A DNA stretch of 64,000 nucleotides from Epiperipatus broadwayi (GCA_028023455.1 JAQFVV010000005.1:17794001-17858000), one strand, 5' to 3'; shown: positions 24,806 to 38,522, counted from the stretch's first letter. The notes: generated by a model not told the origin, from the sequence alone. Made by a program: numbers and translations.

Positions 24806-26934
24806 TATTGGATGAGTAGGCACTAGATGGGGATTTTATGCACAAGCCTTTTGGCAAACACTGATTACTCTGGCTGGCACTGAGTGGCACTACTGTATGG
24901 AGAGTTTTGCCTATGTTAATAACAGTTATGTGCAAGCATAATAAATGGTATCGTGCGACGTTTAATGGTTTAACAAAATTCATATACTGATGGGATAGTA
25001 CTAATGATAGAGAGGGGAAACAATGTAAATGAGAAACATTCCATTAAAAACAAAATATCACTTATGTAAATTTTACTTTTGCTACTCTCAAAGTGAAAGA
25101 ATTGCACTCCTACAATAATATTCACAAGTTTTTAAATTTCTTTCAAAACATTTCATAACAGAAACTGAATTATAAAATGAGTTAAGCTACTTTGATGCCA
25201 TTACACTATTTTAATAATGAGCGAAGTAATGATAACTTACAAAGATAAAATCTCTAGTTCAATAACTATAATTCAATCACTGAAACAAATTATTCTTATA
25301 CCATGCTCTATTTTGAATCAAAACCTCTATGTGTATTCAAATACTCATTAGAAATAGGACTGCAGAAAATCTTAATAATCTTCTGCTATCTTGGGTGATT
25401 TTTACTGCCAACTAGAGCAATTCTCGCCTGAATTGTAATGTACACTTTAACACACAATCAGTCATTCAATATCTATATAACTGAAACTGATTCTCAACTA
25501 GCGTTGCATTTTCCTGCCTTTTTCACACTAGTAAATTTTTGAAAATACCCTATTATTTAATTAATAAATAAATAATAACATAGCTAAGCTAGAAGCTCTT
25601 CTTTATAGTTAATAATTAAAGATTTCACCATTCATATAAGAAATTCTATATGGAGGACCTTGTTCCAAATGATGACATTTCAAGGTTACTAATTAATGAT
25701 TTTATCTTCAACTATTTAATCTTGGATTATATTAATACATTTATTAACTATATTCTTCTCAGATACTCTCAGTTTATTCCGCCATGTCTTGCAAAAAAAA
25801 AAAAAAGATACCAGAAATTTTATACATGCTTTCTAATACCCATCTTCAATAAATAAATAAAAAAGTTCAATAATCAATATATTTTACTTAATGATATTTA
25901 CAGTATATTTGAAAACTATGTACACTTTCAGATCACTATGTAAATTTTTAATATGCAAATTTTAATTCTTACAAAATGTATTCATTATGAAGTACACAGG
26001 ATCATGTTCTTGTTGGCAATTGAGTTGGTCATGTGCACAAAAAATAAGTTTTTGAGATAGATTAAAAACTGATCACATGCTGTAAGTCAATTGGTGAGAG
26101 TAATTTAGATTTAAAAACTAACTTTCTTAAACTTATAGTTTCTACACGTTTTCGTTATTTCATTGACTGAATACTGTAAGACTTCATATATACACAACAT
26201 GTTATTATCACATAATTCAATAAATAAATTATAGTCACTGTTAAGAAAAATAAAAATGCAATGTACATCCATGATCTTCAATCAATATCTTTTGATGACT
26301 TGCATGCCAAGAAATTTGCAAGACTTAGTCTGGATAAGTTTCATCCTTACTTGACAACTATACTTACCCTATATATTTTGTTTTAGTAGAAATCATGTCA
26401 TAATAAAAAAACAACTTGCATAAACATAATTATATAAACAATATCACAATAATACAATGTATTTTAAATGGACTTTTGATCATGTAAATCATTACATTGT
26501 TAAAATTAAATCATTCAATTTGTGCTTGAAATTTCTATACATGCATGATTATTTAAAAAAAAAAATTGAAATGATTATTTTGAAAATAGATCTACATTAC
26601 AAAGGACAACTTCATTGTGGTATTTCTAGATATTCCTATTATATAACTCAAGATGCTCCTTCTTTTCCTGCCTTGTTGATATCGTAGATAGCCCAAAGTG
26701 TAATGAGATCTCTGAACATGGAAAAAAGATATTTACACTAGTTTACAATGATGTTCTGATTATAACAGAAGATCTCTAGTTTAGAAAATGATTAGTAATA
26801 ATCATTAGTGTATTTATCTGAAATGGATGGCATCAAAGTTGTGAGTGGAGGAAGTTTGACAATGGTAGATGAAAATGTAACATTTTGCTATAGATAAATA
26901 CTTTGCATATAATAAAGATGTATATGAGAGATTG

Positions 26935-26989
26935 TGACCTGGGCCAACTGATGAGTGCTAGTTCAGCACAAAATGCATCTTGGGGGTCA
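26935..26989 (+). ncRNA. Solitary hammerhead, family G (G12A)
   Basis: CCAA-CUGAUGA-GUGCU AGUUC AGCAC-AAAA-UGCA-UC-UUGG, with extra UGACC/GGUCA pairing; CGAAA changed to CAAAA. Confidence 0.7.
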
Positions 26990-27629
26990 TTTGTCTTTTA
27001 TTATATCTTTATTTATATGTATTTGAAAAGAATGGGGAAGTATGGAGATGTTTATTATATCTATAAAGAAATAATTAATGTTTCACTAGTTGAAGTATGA
27101 ATATTTAAATTCTCATAATTGCCTTATTTAGTTATTTTACTGTAACAATCTTCAATAGAGCAGATTTTTTTAGGCAGATCCTGTCAGAATTATTTTTAAA
27201 TTTTTTGGTATATAATTTATGTACATTAACATAGATCAACAGAATTTAAAATAAATAATAAAAAATAATTGTTCCCAATATTAAATTAAATCCTATCGAT
27301 ATAACTTAAGGATAAAATTCAAAATAATAAATACCATCTTTATGGGAAAATCAAAACAACAACAACAAAAAAAACAAGACTGATGATGCATGAAAGAATA
27401 CTACTATGAAAATTTGATGGATGCATTCAAAAAAAATAAACTTATTACTTTACTGATGGGAATGAAATCATTAAGAATCACATTATTTCAAATTATCAGC
27501 TTCAACTCTCAAAACCCTTCAACAACTAAGTATTACAGTAATAATCATATCATTCACTAATAGTAGACAATTACTCTAAATTTAAACATTAAACTTATTT
27601 TTGTACTTAATTAAAGAAGAAACTTCTTC

Positions 27630-27775
27630 CAAAGAGTAAGCTTGTGGTTTAAGACCTGTAGAGGTCCCTACTATCACATTTTATATGCATGTGCTTGAGG
27701 CTACAGCCTTAATGAATATTACTTACGTAATCAATGTGCGTTTAAATAAATTTATAATTATTACATAATTTATAA
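27630..27775 (-). repeat. Family E copy
   Basis: GTAAGCTTGTGGTTTAAGACCTGTAGAGGTCCCTACTATCACATTTT...CAATGTGCGTTTAAATAAAT. Confidence 0.75.
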
Positions 27776-29928
27776 ATTTTCAAATTCAGTACTGATTTTC
27801 ATTCATATACCTTCTATAAATAAATGTATTTAAATCAACACTGTTAAACAGACAATATTTTACTTCCATAAACAATCAATATAAGACCCTGAAAAATGCA
27901 TATTGCTTATATGACTTGCGTTACAATGTCATACATTGAGTTTTTGTGGAAGTAAAATTGGTAAATGTTTAAGTGTTAATTTAAATATTTTTGTTTACAA
28001 AAGGAACACGAATGAAATTAAATTTAAATCCTTTGAATAATTTATATGTTATGTGATGTATTTTATTTTTAAACTTATTTAAAGTATATATCATTGAAAA
28101 AATAAGTTTGATATCTTAAGTATAAATAATTGTCTGATATTGAGAATGATAAAATAAAATACAGTAATATCTAAAGATTGAGGGATTAGAGTGTGCTCAT
28201 TTAATTGAATCTTGCAGCGAGTGTGATTTGCATTTTTCTGCTGTTATTTACAAAAATAAAATGATGAGTATTTAAGATTGTTAATTTAAAAATATAAAAC
28301 ACTAAAAAATATGTCACATAAAATTATATTGAATTCATTCCTCTTAAAAATTACGTTAAACAGAGTATTCAAATAAGATGGCATAAACAGACTTCAATAT
28401 GCTCAAAACCTTATGTCAAATTAATACAAAAAAAAAAACCTGCAAACATCACACAATCTGCAAGCAATTACAAACTACAGTCAGAAATCAAAAAATTAAA
28501 TTTGTATATAAAAAAAGACAGAAAGTAATAATAAAATAAATCCGGAAAAAATTCATCTCCAATTGTTAAAAACTAAATGAACAAAAAAAAAAAAATTAAT
28601 AAATCACACACACACAATAAAATTACCGAACCATCAACTAATGGTGAAATAACATTAAACAGATACAAATTCTATTACTAATAGAAAAGGTAAAAGAGAA
28701 AATTAGAATATCCCAAAACATAAAGATCAACAATAAATGTGGTCATAAATAGTGGATAGAAAATGTCAATGAATCAAAAAAGTTGTCAAATACAAAATTT
28801 CTAGTGTTGCAGAAATCTTTCACATTTTTAAGCATTTGGTTTCAAATTCTCACATGGATATTTAAAACTATTGATAATACTATTAAGATTATATATAATA
28901 TTTTAATTCTGTAAAAAGTAATAGAATTATGGCAGTCAATTTAATGGCAAATCCTATGCAATACAATTATAGATACACACCTATGATACAATTTAATTTT
29001 AAAATGTACACATTTAGAAACCAGAATGATTAACAAAAATTAGAATAACGAAGTTATAAAAAAGATAATATATCTAGAGAGAAGTCAGAGCTAAACTATA
29101 TGACTAAGTGAACAAAACAAGAATATGGCTAATTGAAAATTGATTCATGGTAGCTATAGTTATGTACGTGTGGGAGTGGAGGGTATGTGTGTGTATATTA
29201 TAAGTTGAAGTTTATGAATAGTTTTTATTTTATTTTTTCCATTTAATACTTTCAAGTCCTGGATAATTGATATCATGAATAGTAGTCGAAAATAAAAGAC
29301 AAGTACTATTTTACTAATAAATAAAATATTTGTTCACTGAATCTATAAAATATAATAAATCAAATTATATATATAATCTTATTTTAAATCAGTCTCTAAT
29401 GAAAAACTAAAGGATGTATAAATTTGTCCATGAAAAAATATATAGTAATAAATTATAGTTTGATGTTTACCGTTCACATGAAAAGAAAAAAAAACACTTT
29501 CAGATCTTAGCAATTTTCATTATAGTGCTAGGGGTTAATTTTTATATATATTCAATAAATCATTAGGGGAAGGGGGGGGGGCTTCTACCCTACATTTTGT
29601 TTCAAAAACTACGGTAAAATACTATTCTTGTAATTAAAGTTTTTTAAGAAAATAAAAATAAATCAAAAATGTGAATACGATTTTAGAGGATAAAATCTTA
29701 TCAAAAACAATTGAGACTGTTTTAAAATGACTGTAAATTACATTTTTGCCTTAAATTGTATTAGCAAAGAAAAGAGCGTTGCTCAAAAACAAACAACGGG
29801 AGATTTTAAGAGGAATTAAACTACCGCGTTATAAGATGCTTTCCCTGTATATATATTTCATCCAATTAGCTTCTATTATCAGCTAGCAAAGATAGAGAGC
29901 ATTTTAAACTATTAAAGTATATTTTTAC

Positions 29929-30038
29929 GTGTCTTTACACACGGATATGCTTCTCACAACAGCATTCGCAATCGAACTTAATAAATGTAAACAAATTAGT
30001 GACACATACCAAGTAGTGAAGTTCCTTATGGTATCCAT
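29929..30038 (-). CDS. Candidate first coding exon with signal-peptide-like sequence
   Basis: ATG-initiated MDTIRNFTTWYVSLICLHLLSSIANAVVRSISVCKD followed by a weak GTAAAA donor, within a CpG-retaining 29.7-30.9 kb region. No homology recognised. Confidence 0.25.
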
Positions 30039-31882
30039 AACAGTTAAGAGTCTGACTTGTTAAAAACAAGTTGAATGTTTTACTTATACAGTATTGTATA
30101 ATAATAACAACGTTTTTTAAAGTCTACCTTGTTAGAAGTGTGTTGCTAATCAGAAAGAAGGGTGGGTGATAAAAGTCGCGAATTATGATTATTATAAGCT
30201 GTTTTACTTAAACCATTATAGCCAAAAAAGCTTTAAAAGATATTACCGCATTAGCATTTACAATAAATCTTTTAAACTTCAATTTTTATTAGTTGAAAAG
30301 AAGTAAAAAAAATGAAATAAAAAGGAAAGAAATTTTAATAAAAGAATCGATTATTAAAAGGAACGGTTCAATTAAGACCGAAAAATGCAAAGGCTTTTAT
30401 AGTGTTTACAAAGTAGTTTAAATGGAATAGAAATTCTAAAAAAATATCAGAATAGTTTTTAAGTCATTAGCATGACAGGTGTAAACCTTTATTACATTAA
30501 AAGACAAAATGATTCTGTATCAACCTTTCTAAAAAAACAATCAACTCTAGAGTAGTTAATGGAACAAACCTTGATTAAAAGAAATAAAAAATAACCGTTT
30601 CTTTTTAAATGTTAGTTTTTGATATCGAAAGTCTTAAAACGTTTATAAATATTTAAAACTAGAATCTAGTTTTTGCCAAGTGCATTCATTTTTTTAAATG
30701 AACTTTTCAGATGTTTGCTACAATTAAAAGAATGCGTTTTTCCCCTTCTCTACATAAATAAATAAATAATCGAATGATTGGTTCCCGCAGGAAGTTGTAG
30801 GACATCAACCAATTAAAATGACAGGTTGAACTACGATACTATTCGGAATATAAAACATTGGACAATAACCAGAAACAGAGATTTTGATGCTTTACATACA
30901 TATCTCTTCCATTCGTGATTTAACTTTATATGTGTATAAAATCGGAGTAGAATTATGAAATTTCAGAGCAATTAATCACAATATGGAGAGCTATAATCAA
31001 AATATAGTATTTTTAACTCTACATAATTGGGTTTGTTTTTAACTAACAGTAAACGAAACAATATATTTATCATCATAAGATTTTTAACCCAATGAGAGGC
31101 TAAAATTTTTACCAAGAGTCTCCATAATTTATGACTTCCCAGAATTATTTTAATTCACTACAGTTTTGAAATTTTTAAAAATAAAATAAAATTATTCTCT
31201 TGACGATTTTCAAAATGACTTCCCTCTTTATTATTGTACTGAGTATATTGGGATGTTCTCAACATGTGACTGATCCAATTCAATCACCTGATCCTAATTT
31301 GGTTAAGCAACTTTTCTCTCCTATCAGATACATTTTCTCTGTCCAGCTTCCATCCCCCAACTCAAAAGCCTCTAATATTTTAATACCATTAACTAATAAT
31401 ATTACATTTAAAAAAAAAAAAATTATAACTTTTGCCCAAAATATCAAACTTCAATAATTAAAAAAAGAAAATGTAAAATAAAATTTATATATCACTAAAA
31501 TTATTTAAATAAATAGCACACCATAGTTATCACAAAAATAAAACAAACAAAAAATGGCTGAAAAATAAGCAGCAATTCTAAATAATCTAAAACATTTTTT
31601 TAAAAAAGTCCCTAGTACTGCATCCGTGGCAATTTTATGAGTTATTTGATAATGCTAGTGTCCTATTTTATGGTAGCTGTATTTTGTGGGAACTTAAAAA
31701 CAATTACTCTGTTTTCTCTTCGGAATTAAATCCTTTTTAAATATACAGGAAAACGTCTAAATGGCATACTAATGTTAGCTTGCTCCAAATTAATGTTCAA
31801 CCCCCTCCCCAAAATAGTTGAGTGATTTGCAAACGAACTGAAAATTTTCTGATAATAGTGATATTAATTTACTTAGACAATA

Positions 31883-32250
31883 GTAGGGTATATGAGCACA
31901 GACTTTCACACGACCCACCACTCACCACTCTATCTCATATCACTGATACACTTTAACACATTATATGTTGAAAAGCATGTACATTAATGTATGAAGATTG
32001 GCTATCTTAATATATAACTGAGCACTTATTGCATATATGTGTAGAGATGATAATCTGGAACAACTGATGATTGCTGGTTTAGCATGAAATACGCGTATTG
32101 GTGATTATTTATCTTTTCAACATATATGTGTTCAACTGTATCAGTGATATGAGATAGTAGTATGTGGTGGGTCATGCGAAAGTCTGTACTCATATACCTT
32201 ATATATTACATATATTAATACAGGTATATAATAAGCCTGTATTTCAGTTA
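31883..32250. mobile_element. Family A insertion (inverted arm 31883-31975, sense arm 31980-32250)
   Basis: 10-bp TSD TTAGACAATA (31873-31882, 32251-32260). Confidence 0.85.
32059..32102 (+). ncRNA. Hammerhead ribozyme, family A
   Basis: AACAA-CTGATGA-TTGCTGGTTTAGCAT-GAAA-TACGCG-TA-TTGGT. Confidence 0.8.
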
Positions 32251-33014
32251 TTAGACAATATTAGTTGATAAAAGTGCATCAAGGTGTTTCTAATTAGTTA
32301 GTGAAATAAGTTCAGGACAATCTTATTTAATCAGATGAAGTCAGCATGCTTAAAACATGTGATAGAACTATAATATAATCTTTGCAATATGAAATTAATA
32401 ATTGTCTTTAGATACTGAAACCAGGCTTTAAAATGATATATATATATGTGTGTGTGTAATTAATGGTTGTAAATCACTCCCTTCAAGTTATGAATAAATA
32501 ACATGCTTTTGTCAAAAGCTTAAGAATAGAATGGATCTCTGTATTCTTTATGTTTTTGATGTTTACCAGCTTCTCTTGGCAACACTGGTGAAAATATGGC
32601 ATTAATATTAATTAAATTAATAGCAATTATGCAAGAATAAAGTCTGAATCTCACTTTTAATGATCTTGTTTTAATAACTAAATAGAACTTAATAATTATA
32701 AATGATAATTTAACATAGTTCAATACATATGTATTTTATGAAATAAACCATTTCCTCCACAGGCTATTAATAAATAACTCTGCTGACAAAGACTCAAGAA
32801 TAGAATTGATGCACCTACATTTTTAAATGCTTTTATTGAATTTGAAAAATCTGTTTGTTTGTTTGTTTATTTATTTATTAACTTGTGATAGAGTGCTATA
32901 AAGTTATTTTTCTTTCAATTTAATAACATTATATTAAATATAATATAGTATATCAACAATTTTAAACAGAAAAGTTACTTACTAATTTCTTTTACCTATT
33001 ATTATCAAGCACTG

Positions 33015-33510
33015 AGAAAACTTTGAAAGTATTCAAATGGAAGTCAATCTCTCTCTGATAATGCATTATTTCTTACACCAACTCTTACAGACCATGCTTG
33101 AATCAGAGCTTGAGTCTATTGTGTGCCTGATGTTATAATCAAATATTCAATTGTACAAATCTATTCTTTTCCAATGGGTTAAATAGATTTGTACAATTGA
33201 ACATTTGATTATAATGTCAGGCACACAATAGACTCAAGCCCTGATTTAAGTATGATCTGTAAAAGTTAGAATGTACAATGGGTTAAATAGATTTGTACAA
33301 TTGAATATTTGATTATAACATCAGGCACACAATAGACTCAAGCCCTGATTTAAGCATGGTCTGTAAAAATTGGTGTATATAAAATGTTCACTCTAAACTT
33401 AAGTGATTCATTTAAGTTGTTTAAACTCTTACTGGCGAGTGAGTGTGTGGAAACTTATATTTAAAAAAATAGTGCTTTATCGGAGATTGACTTCCATTTG
33501 AATGATTTCT
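33015..33510. repeat. Inverted plus tandem repeat (family J), no hammerhead found
   Basis: ~33075-33160 is inverted relative to two tandem ~100-bp copies (33175-33270, 33278-33378); outer inverted TTCAAATGGAAGTCAATCTC / GAGATTGACTTCCATTTGAA. Confidence 0.8.
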
Positions 33511-35544
33511 TTTACATATAAAATTATATACACATACTAAGTATGAAATATATATATATACAGTATACATATTAACTTAGTTCAGAAATATCTGGTAATA
33601 TATTTATATACACATTATATATGTGAAATTGATTTAAAGTAAAATTACATGTATTAAGTGAAGTTCATTTACAATATAGTTTTAGTAAGCATTTTTAAAA
33701 AATAAGAAATTTCAAATCAAAGTAAAAATGCTAAATATTTTTCATTAAAAAATAATTCATACTTTTAATCACTTATTTACACATATATTATTATGTACAC
33801 ATACTAAATATGATATATATATATATGAGGTGTACATTTTATCTTATAACAAAAATATCAACTTATATCAACTATAAGTGTCCAGTCAATTTAAAAAGCG
33901 ATATAGTTTTACTATGCTAATACTAAAAACTTAAAAATAATAAAGGTTAAAATGTTTTTTATATTACATGTACTAAAAAGAAAAAAATATTGTTTATTCA
34001 ACCACGATTGTGGTTTTCAGATTCAACTTGAAAGCATTGTGGGGAGGGGCAAGCAATTAATTAAGTCAATCCCTAATTTTTTATAATAAGAGATTGATTT
34101 ACTTAATTTCTGAATTCCCACCCATTCTTTTATTTCAAGTTAAATCTAAAAAACCCAAATGTAGTTGAACAAAAAATTATTTGTTTCCTTTTTAGTGCAT
34201 ATTAATAAAAAAGCATTTAGTATAAAAAAATTACCTCCATTATTTATAAGTTATTGATATTTACAAGTTTATTCTCATCAACAATGATGGGAAATATAGA
34301 GTAATATATATATTAAATTAAAATTTTTTCACTTGCTTAAAATGTAAGCATAAGAATTTTTCCACACATAAAATTAGGCAAAATTTTCATTTATGTTTAA
34401 GCCAGACAAGCACAAAATAAAACATATTATGCACACTAAAATATATTATCTAATAGGGAACAATTGCATTTAATTATGTATGTAAGATGGATAATTTTTA
34501 TATCTATAAGAATTTAAAGTATAACAATTTCTTTGAATTCTGCTAACAACAAAATATTTCTTAAAGGGGATTATATATATTAAATTAATGATTTTCATGG
34601 ATTTTAAATGAAAGTATTAAAAATGAAATATTTTTCTTCAATGTTTGCATTTTAAAACCATGAAAACCTTTAATTTATTATATATATCATCCTCTTTGAG
34701 ATGTTTGGCTGTGATTAAAAAAATGTTATTTTTTAAATTGTCACACATATAAATATATATCAGACAAATGCTACTATTATCTACTGCATCAAATATTTCA
34801 GTTTGCATTACCTGTTTTGCTTGCTAGTTGCCTGGTTACATCACAGGTTTTATTTAATTTAATACATGAAAAAAAATCATTATATTTTGATGTTTACATC
34901 ATATTATTACTATCATCATCATCATCATTATTATTATGTTTCAACAATAATCTTTATTCATCTAAGAGAGTTATAAAAGATATGTTGCTAATATTATGAG
35001 AGACTGAGAGGGAAAATGTTTTTAAATGACATAAATGATCCTCTTGGTATGGTATTGTTAAATTGATAATTGATTATTGCTAGGGAATTATTAGTTCAGA
35101 CAGTACCAGAGGGAAGTTCCTGGGCCTTGAGGTGTAATTCTCTGAGATCACTGTTAGTAATTTTCCTGAACCATGGAGCTGATTTAGTAGAGGTTTAAAT
35201 TCTTATTAATTGTGCTGTTATCCATTGATAGATAGTTTGAGTGACTTTTGGACTTTGAGGTTCTGTGTTGTAAATATTGATTGCAGACAACTTGGTCATG
35301 AAATGGCTTTATTGCCATATTGACCTTGAAATAATCATTGGAAAAATTTGATTTCAATAAAATTTGCAAAGAAAATTTATTCACTAAATTGAAAAAAAGA
35401 TTATATGCTAATTAAAGATTATGAAAGGTGTGTAGAGGTAAGTTTATTGCCTTGTCAGTTTTAGATTTTAAACAGTTTTAGGAATAAAACCCAGGAGCTG
35501 GTTGATTTGGTTGTTAGCAAGTGAACTGTCTGCTGCAGGCCTAT

Positions 35545-35775
35545 ATTAGTATTATTATTATTGTTGTTGTTATTGTTCTTATTATTATTGTTGTTGTTAT
35601 TGTTCTTATTATTATTGTTGTTGTTGCTGCTGCTGCTGTTATTATTATTATAGGCAAAAACTCTCCATATAGTAGTGCCACTCAGTGCAATCCAGAGTAA
35701 TCAATGGATAGTTTTTGTCTGTTTTAACAGTTTGAGCAAGTATAAGAAATGGTAATCATGTTGTTGTTGTTGTTG

Positions 35776-35840
<65 letters not shown>

Positions 35841-35860
35841 ACAACAACAACAACACCTCA
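35545..35860. repeat. Compound TAT/TGT/AAC microsatellite containing a family B 3'-end fragment (35655-35712, minus)
   Basis: Direct reading; GGCAAAAACTCTCCATATAGTAGTGCCACTCAGTGC is the reverse complement of the family B terminus. Confidence 0.85.
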
Positions 35861-36490
35861 TTACAAGATTCACATTCTGGAAGCTTGGGTTCAAATACTT
35901 TGACTTTCTAGTTAAACTTGACTTGGAATCACTACCAACATTGTTTTTTTTTAAATATAAATATAGAAGAAATTGTACAAACATTGATGCCTTTTGCCCC
36001 CTCTGACAAAAAATTTTTGAAAATCAAGAGTATATATTTTACGATTGCATTTGTTTTGATAATATATGCACTATCCTTTCCAATCTTTTTTAACAATTTT
36101 TAAATTAATATTATTACATACCTTTTTGCACACAATATGAATATTTGCAAGAATTAGAGATAGTACATTCATCTTATATGCATTATGGTGTACTAGATGT
36201 ATTTTTGTATATAATAATAATCCTAAAAGGCACCTGAGTATATTTTGGATTAAGCTGAGTGGTATTGGAAAGGAATAGAAAACTTGCCCCACTTAAACAT
36301 CTATCATGATGCATGGTCCTTAATACATCAGCAACTGAGACAGTGACAAAAATCTAACCTAATTGTAATGTGTAACCATATCATATATATATGATAACAG
36401 ATGGCGTTCTACCAAAAACACCGTAAAGCGTAGTTTTCTGTTTACATAAATGTCAGAGCGAGCATTCACTATCTCTAACTTTAATTCCAC

Positions 36491-36532
36491 TTTCAGATCA
36501 TGATTTCAAGCTATTTTCTATCGTCAGTGAAA
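36491..36532 (-). ncRNA. Hammerhead ribozyme, family D
   Basis: UUUCA-CUGACGA-U AGA AAAUA GCU U-GAAA-UCAUGA-UC-UGAAA (one stem II mismatch). Confidence 0.8.
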
Positions 36533-36945
36533 GACAGGAATAAGAAACTAGATCTAAACACAAACTCTGATCATTTATGAAACAGTTTCTATTCAGCTTG
36601 CAAGCGTGAATCTTTTAGACACGTTAATGTCTTCAAACTCAGCATAGAAAGCCAGATAGCTACATGGGTCTGATCTCAGTTCAGCATCACATAGTAGAAG
36701 CCTCTGCAATATACATCATTGCAAGAAAGACCTCAAAGGTACATTTATGAAAAACAAAAAAAACACAAGTTAAAAAACTTGCTAACGCTTGTATTTATGA
36801 TAACATCTCCCCATGTAGCTATCTGGCTTGCTATGCTGAGTTTGAAGACATTAACGTGTCTAAAAGATTCACGCTTGAAAGCTGAATAGAAACTGTTTCA
36901 TAAATGATCAGAGTTTGTGTTTAGATCTAGTTTCTTATTCCTGTC

Positions 36946-36987
36946 TTTCACTGACGATAGCAAATAGCTTGAAATCATGATCTGAAA
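36946..36987 (+). ncRNA. Hammerhead ribozyme, family D (intact)
   Basis: UUUCA-CUGACGA-U AGC AAAUA GCU U-GAAA-UCAUGA-UC-UGAAA; palindromic AUCAUGAU stem III, AUC cleavage triplet. Confidence 0.92.
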
Positions 36988-37316
36988 GTGGAATTAAAGT
37001 TAGAGATAGTGAATGCTTGCTCTGATGGTAGAATGCCATCTGTTATCATAAATACAAGCGTTAGCAAGTTTTTTAACTTGTGTTTTTTTTGTTTTTCATA
37101 AATGTACCTTTGAGGTCTTTCTTGCAATGATGTATATTGCAGAGGCTTCTACTATGTGGTGATGCTGAACTGAGATCAGACTCATGTAGCTATCTGGCTT
37201 GCTATGCTGAGTTTGAAGACATTAATGTGTCTAAAAGATTCATGCTTGCAAGCTGAATAGAAACTGTTTCATAAATGATCAGAGTTTGTGTTTAGATCTA
37301 GTTTCTTATTCCTGTC

Positions 37317-37358
37317 TTTCACTGACGATAGCAAATAGCTTGAAATCATGATCTGAAA
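37317..37358 (+). ncRNA. Hammerhead ribozyme, family D (intact)
   Basis: Identical to 36946-36987. Confidence 0.92.
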
Positions 37359-38488
37359 GTGGAATTAAAGTTAGAGATAGTGAATGCTCGCTCTGACGTT
37401 TATGTAAACAGAAAACTACGCTTGATGGTGTTTTTGGTAGAACGCCATCTGTTATCATAAATACAAGCGTTAGCAAGTTTTTTAACGTGTTTTTTTTTTT
37501 CATATATATATATATATAACAGATCAATTAGACCTACTAATTATTTGGTAGGCCAATTGACTTGATGAATAACCATATCTATAATTTGTGTAGTAATGGC
37601 AATTTTGAATTTTTTTTAACCAACAAATAAATACCTTGGGAAAAAAAGATTGAAAATACTATAGAATCTCATAACACTTTTATCTAACTGGTATTAATTT
37701 ATTGATGTAACCATTTGTATTTAACTCAATGTATTTATGTGTAATAATTTGTATATTACCAATTGTATGTAATAAAATATATTTGTTTGTAACCATTTGT
37801 ATATAATTAATTATATGTAACTTTTGAAAAGTAGTAGTAATAGTAATAAATTTAAGTTAATATTATTCAGTATTACATAAATCATTTTCCTAGAATCTGT
37901 TTAAAACAGTAAGCTTATAGTTTATTAAAAGAATACAAATAATGTTTATGGTTTTATTTCTTGGTTAGGCTACACTATCTGTTTTGTGCAGTTTACAACA
38001 ATGGCAGCCAGAGTCAACAATTTCTAAAATCAATTTTAAAATGAATAATATAATTTAAAAAACTTATCTTCAATTAACTGAAAAGAAATATATGGTCAAC
38101 CTACTACTAGGATACCTGAATATCATATGATCCCCCAAACAATTTGATATATAATTAACTTTAATTGTGATAAAATATATATATATGTGTGTGTGTGTTG
38201 TAATGCAATGTATTGCAAGAACACATTGACATTTCAAATAAAAAAAATCATGTGGTCTGTTAATCAAGAAGTCATGTGATATAAGAACACTAAAGTGACA
38301 AACTGAGCACAGTAATTCCACTCAATTCACCAAATTCAAATTTATGACCTTTTTTTTCACATTCTTCATTTGAAAACTGATCTGTGACCTTTTATCTCTT
38401 AAGATTGTCTTTTGACCACTGCTTTGTCTTTCTCTCTAAGGTCATGTGTAAACTTCTAGCTCTTAAGATTGCCTCTTCATTATTTCTT

Positions 38489-38522
<34 letters not shown>

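Larger units (their letters stand above)
24355..24910. mobile_element. Family B: inverted arm (24355-24670) plus sense arm (24671-24910)
   Basis: Both arms end in GCACTACTGTATGGAGAGTTTTGCCT or its reverse complement; the junction lies in the CTGAAC hairpin. Confidence 0.88.
36391..37500. mobile_element. Family D array: one inverted 406-nt monomer (36391-36805) plus ~1.7 tandem monomers (36809-37500)
   Basis: ATGATAACA recurs at 36391 and 36797 (406 nt); arms are near-identical; possible TSD TCATATATATAT on both flanks. Confidence 0.92.

Noticed and set aside
27376-27405. CTGATGATGCATGAAAG as a hammerhead
   Set aside because: Core words are present but stem I and stem III do not pair.
32326-32366. 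CAGATGAAGTC...GCTTAAAACATGTG as an eroded hammerhead
   Set aside because: Needs changes at U4, G12 and position 17; single copy; cannot be told from chance.
35724-35984. Poly-Asn ORF
   Set aside because: Translation of an ATT/GTT microsatellite.
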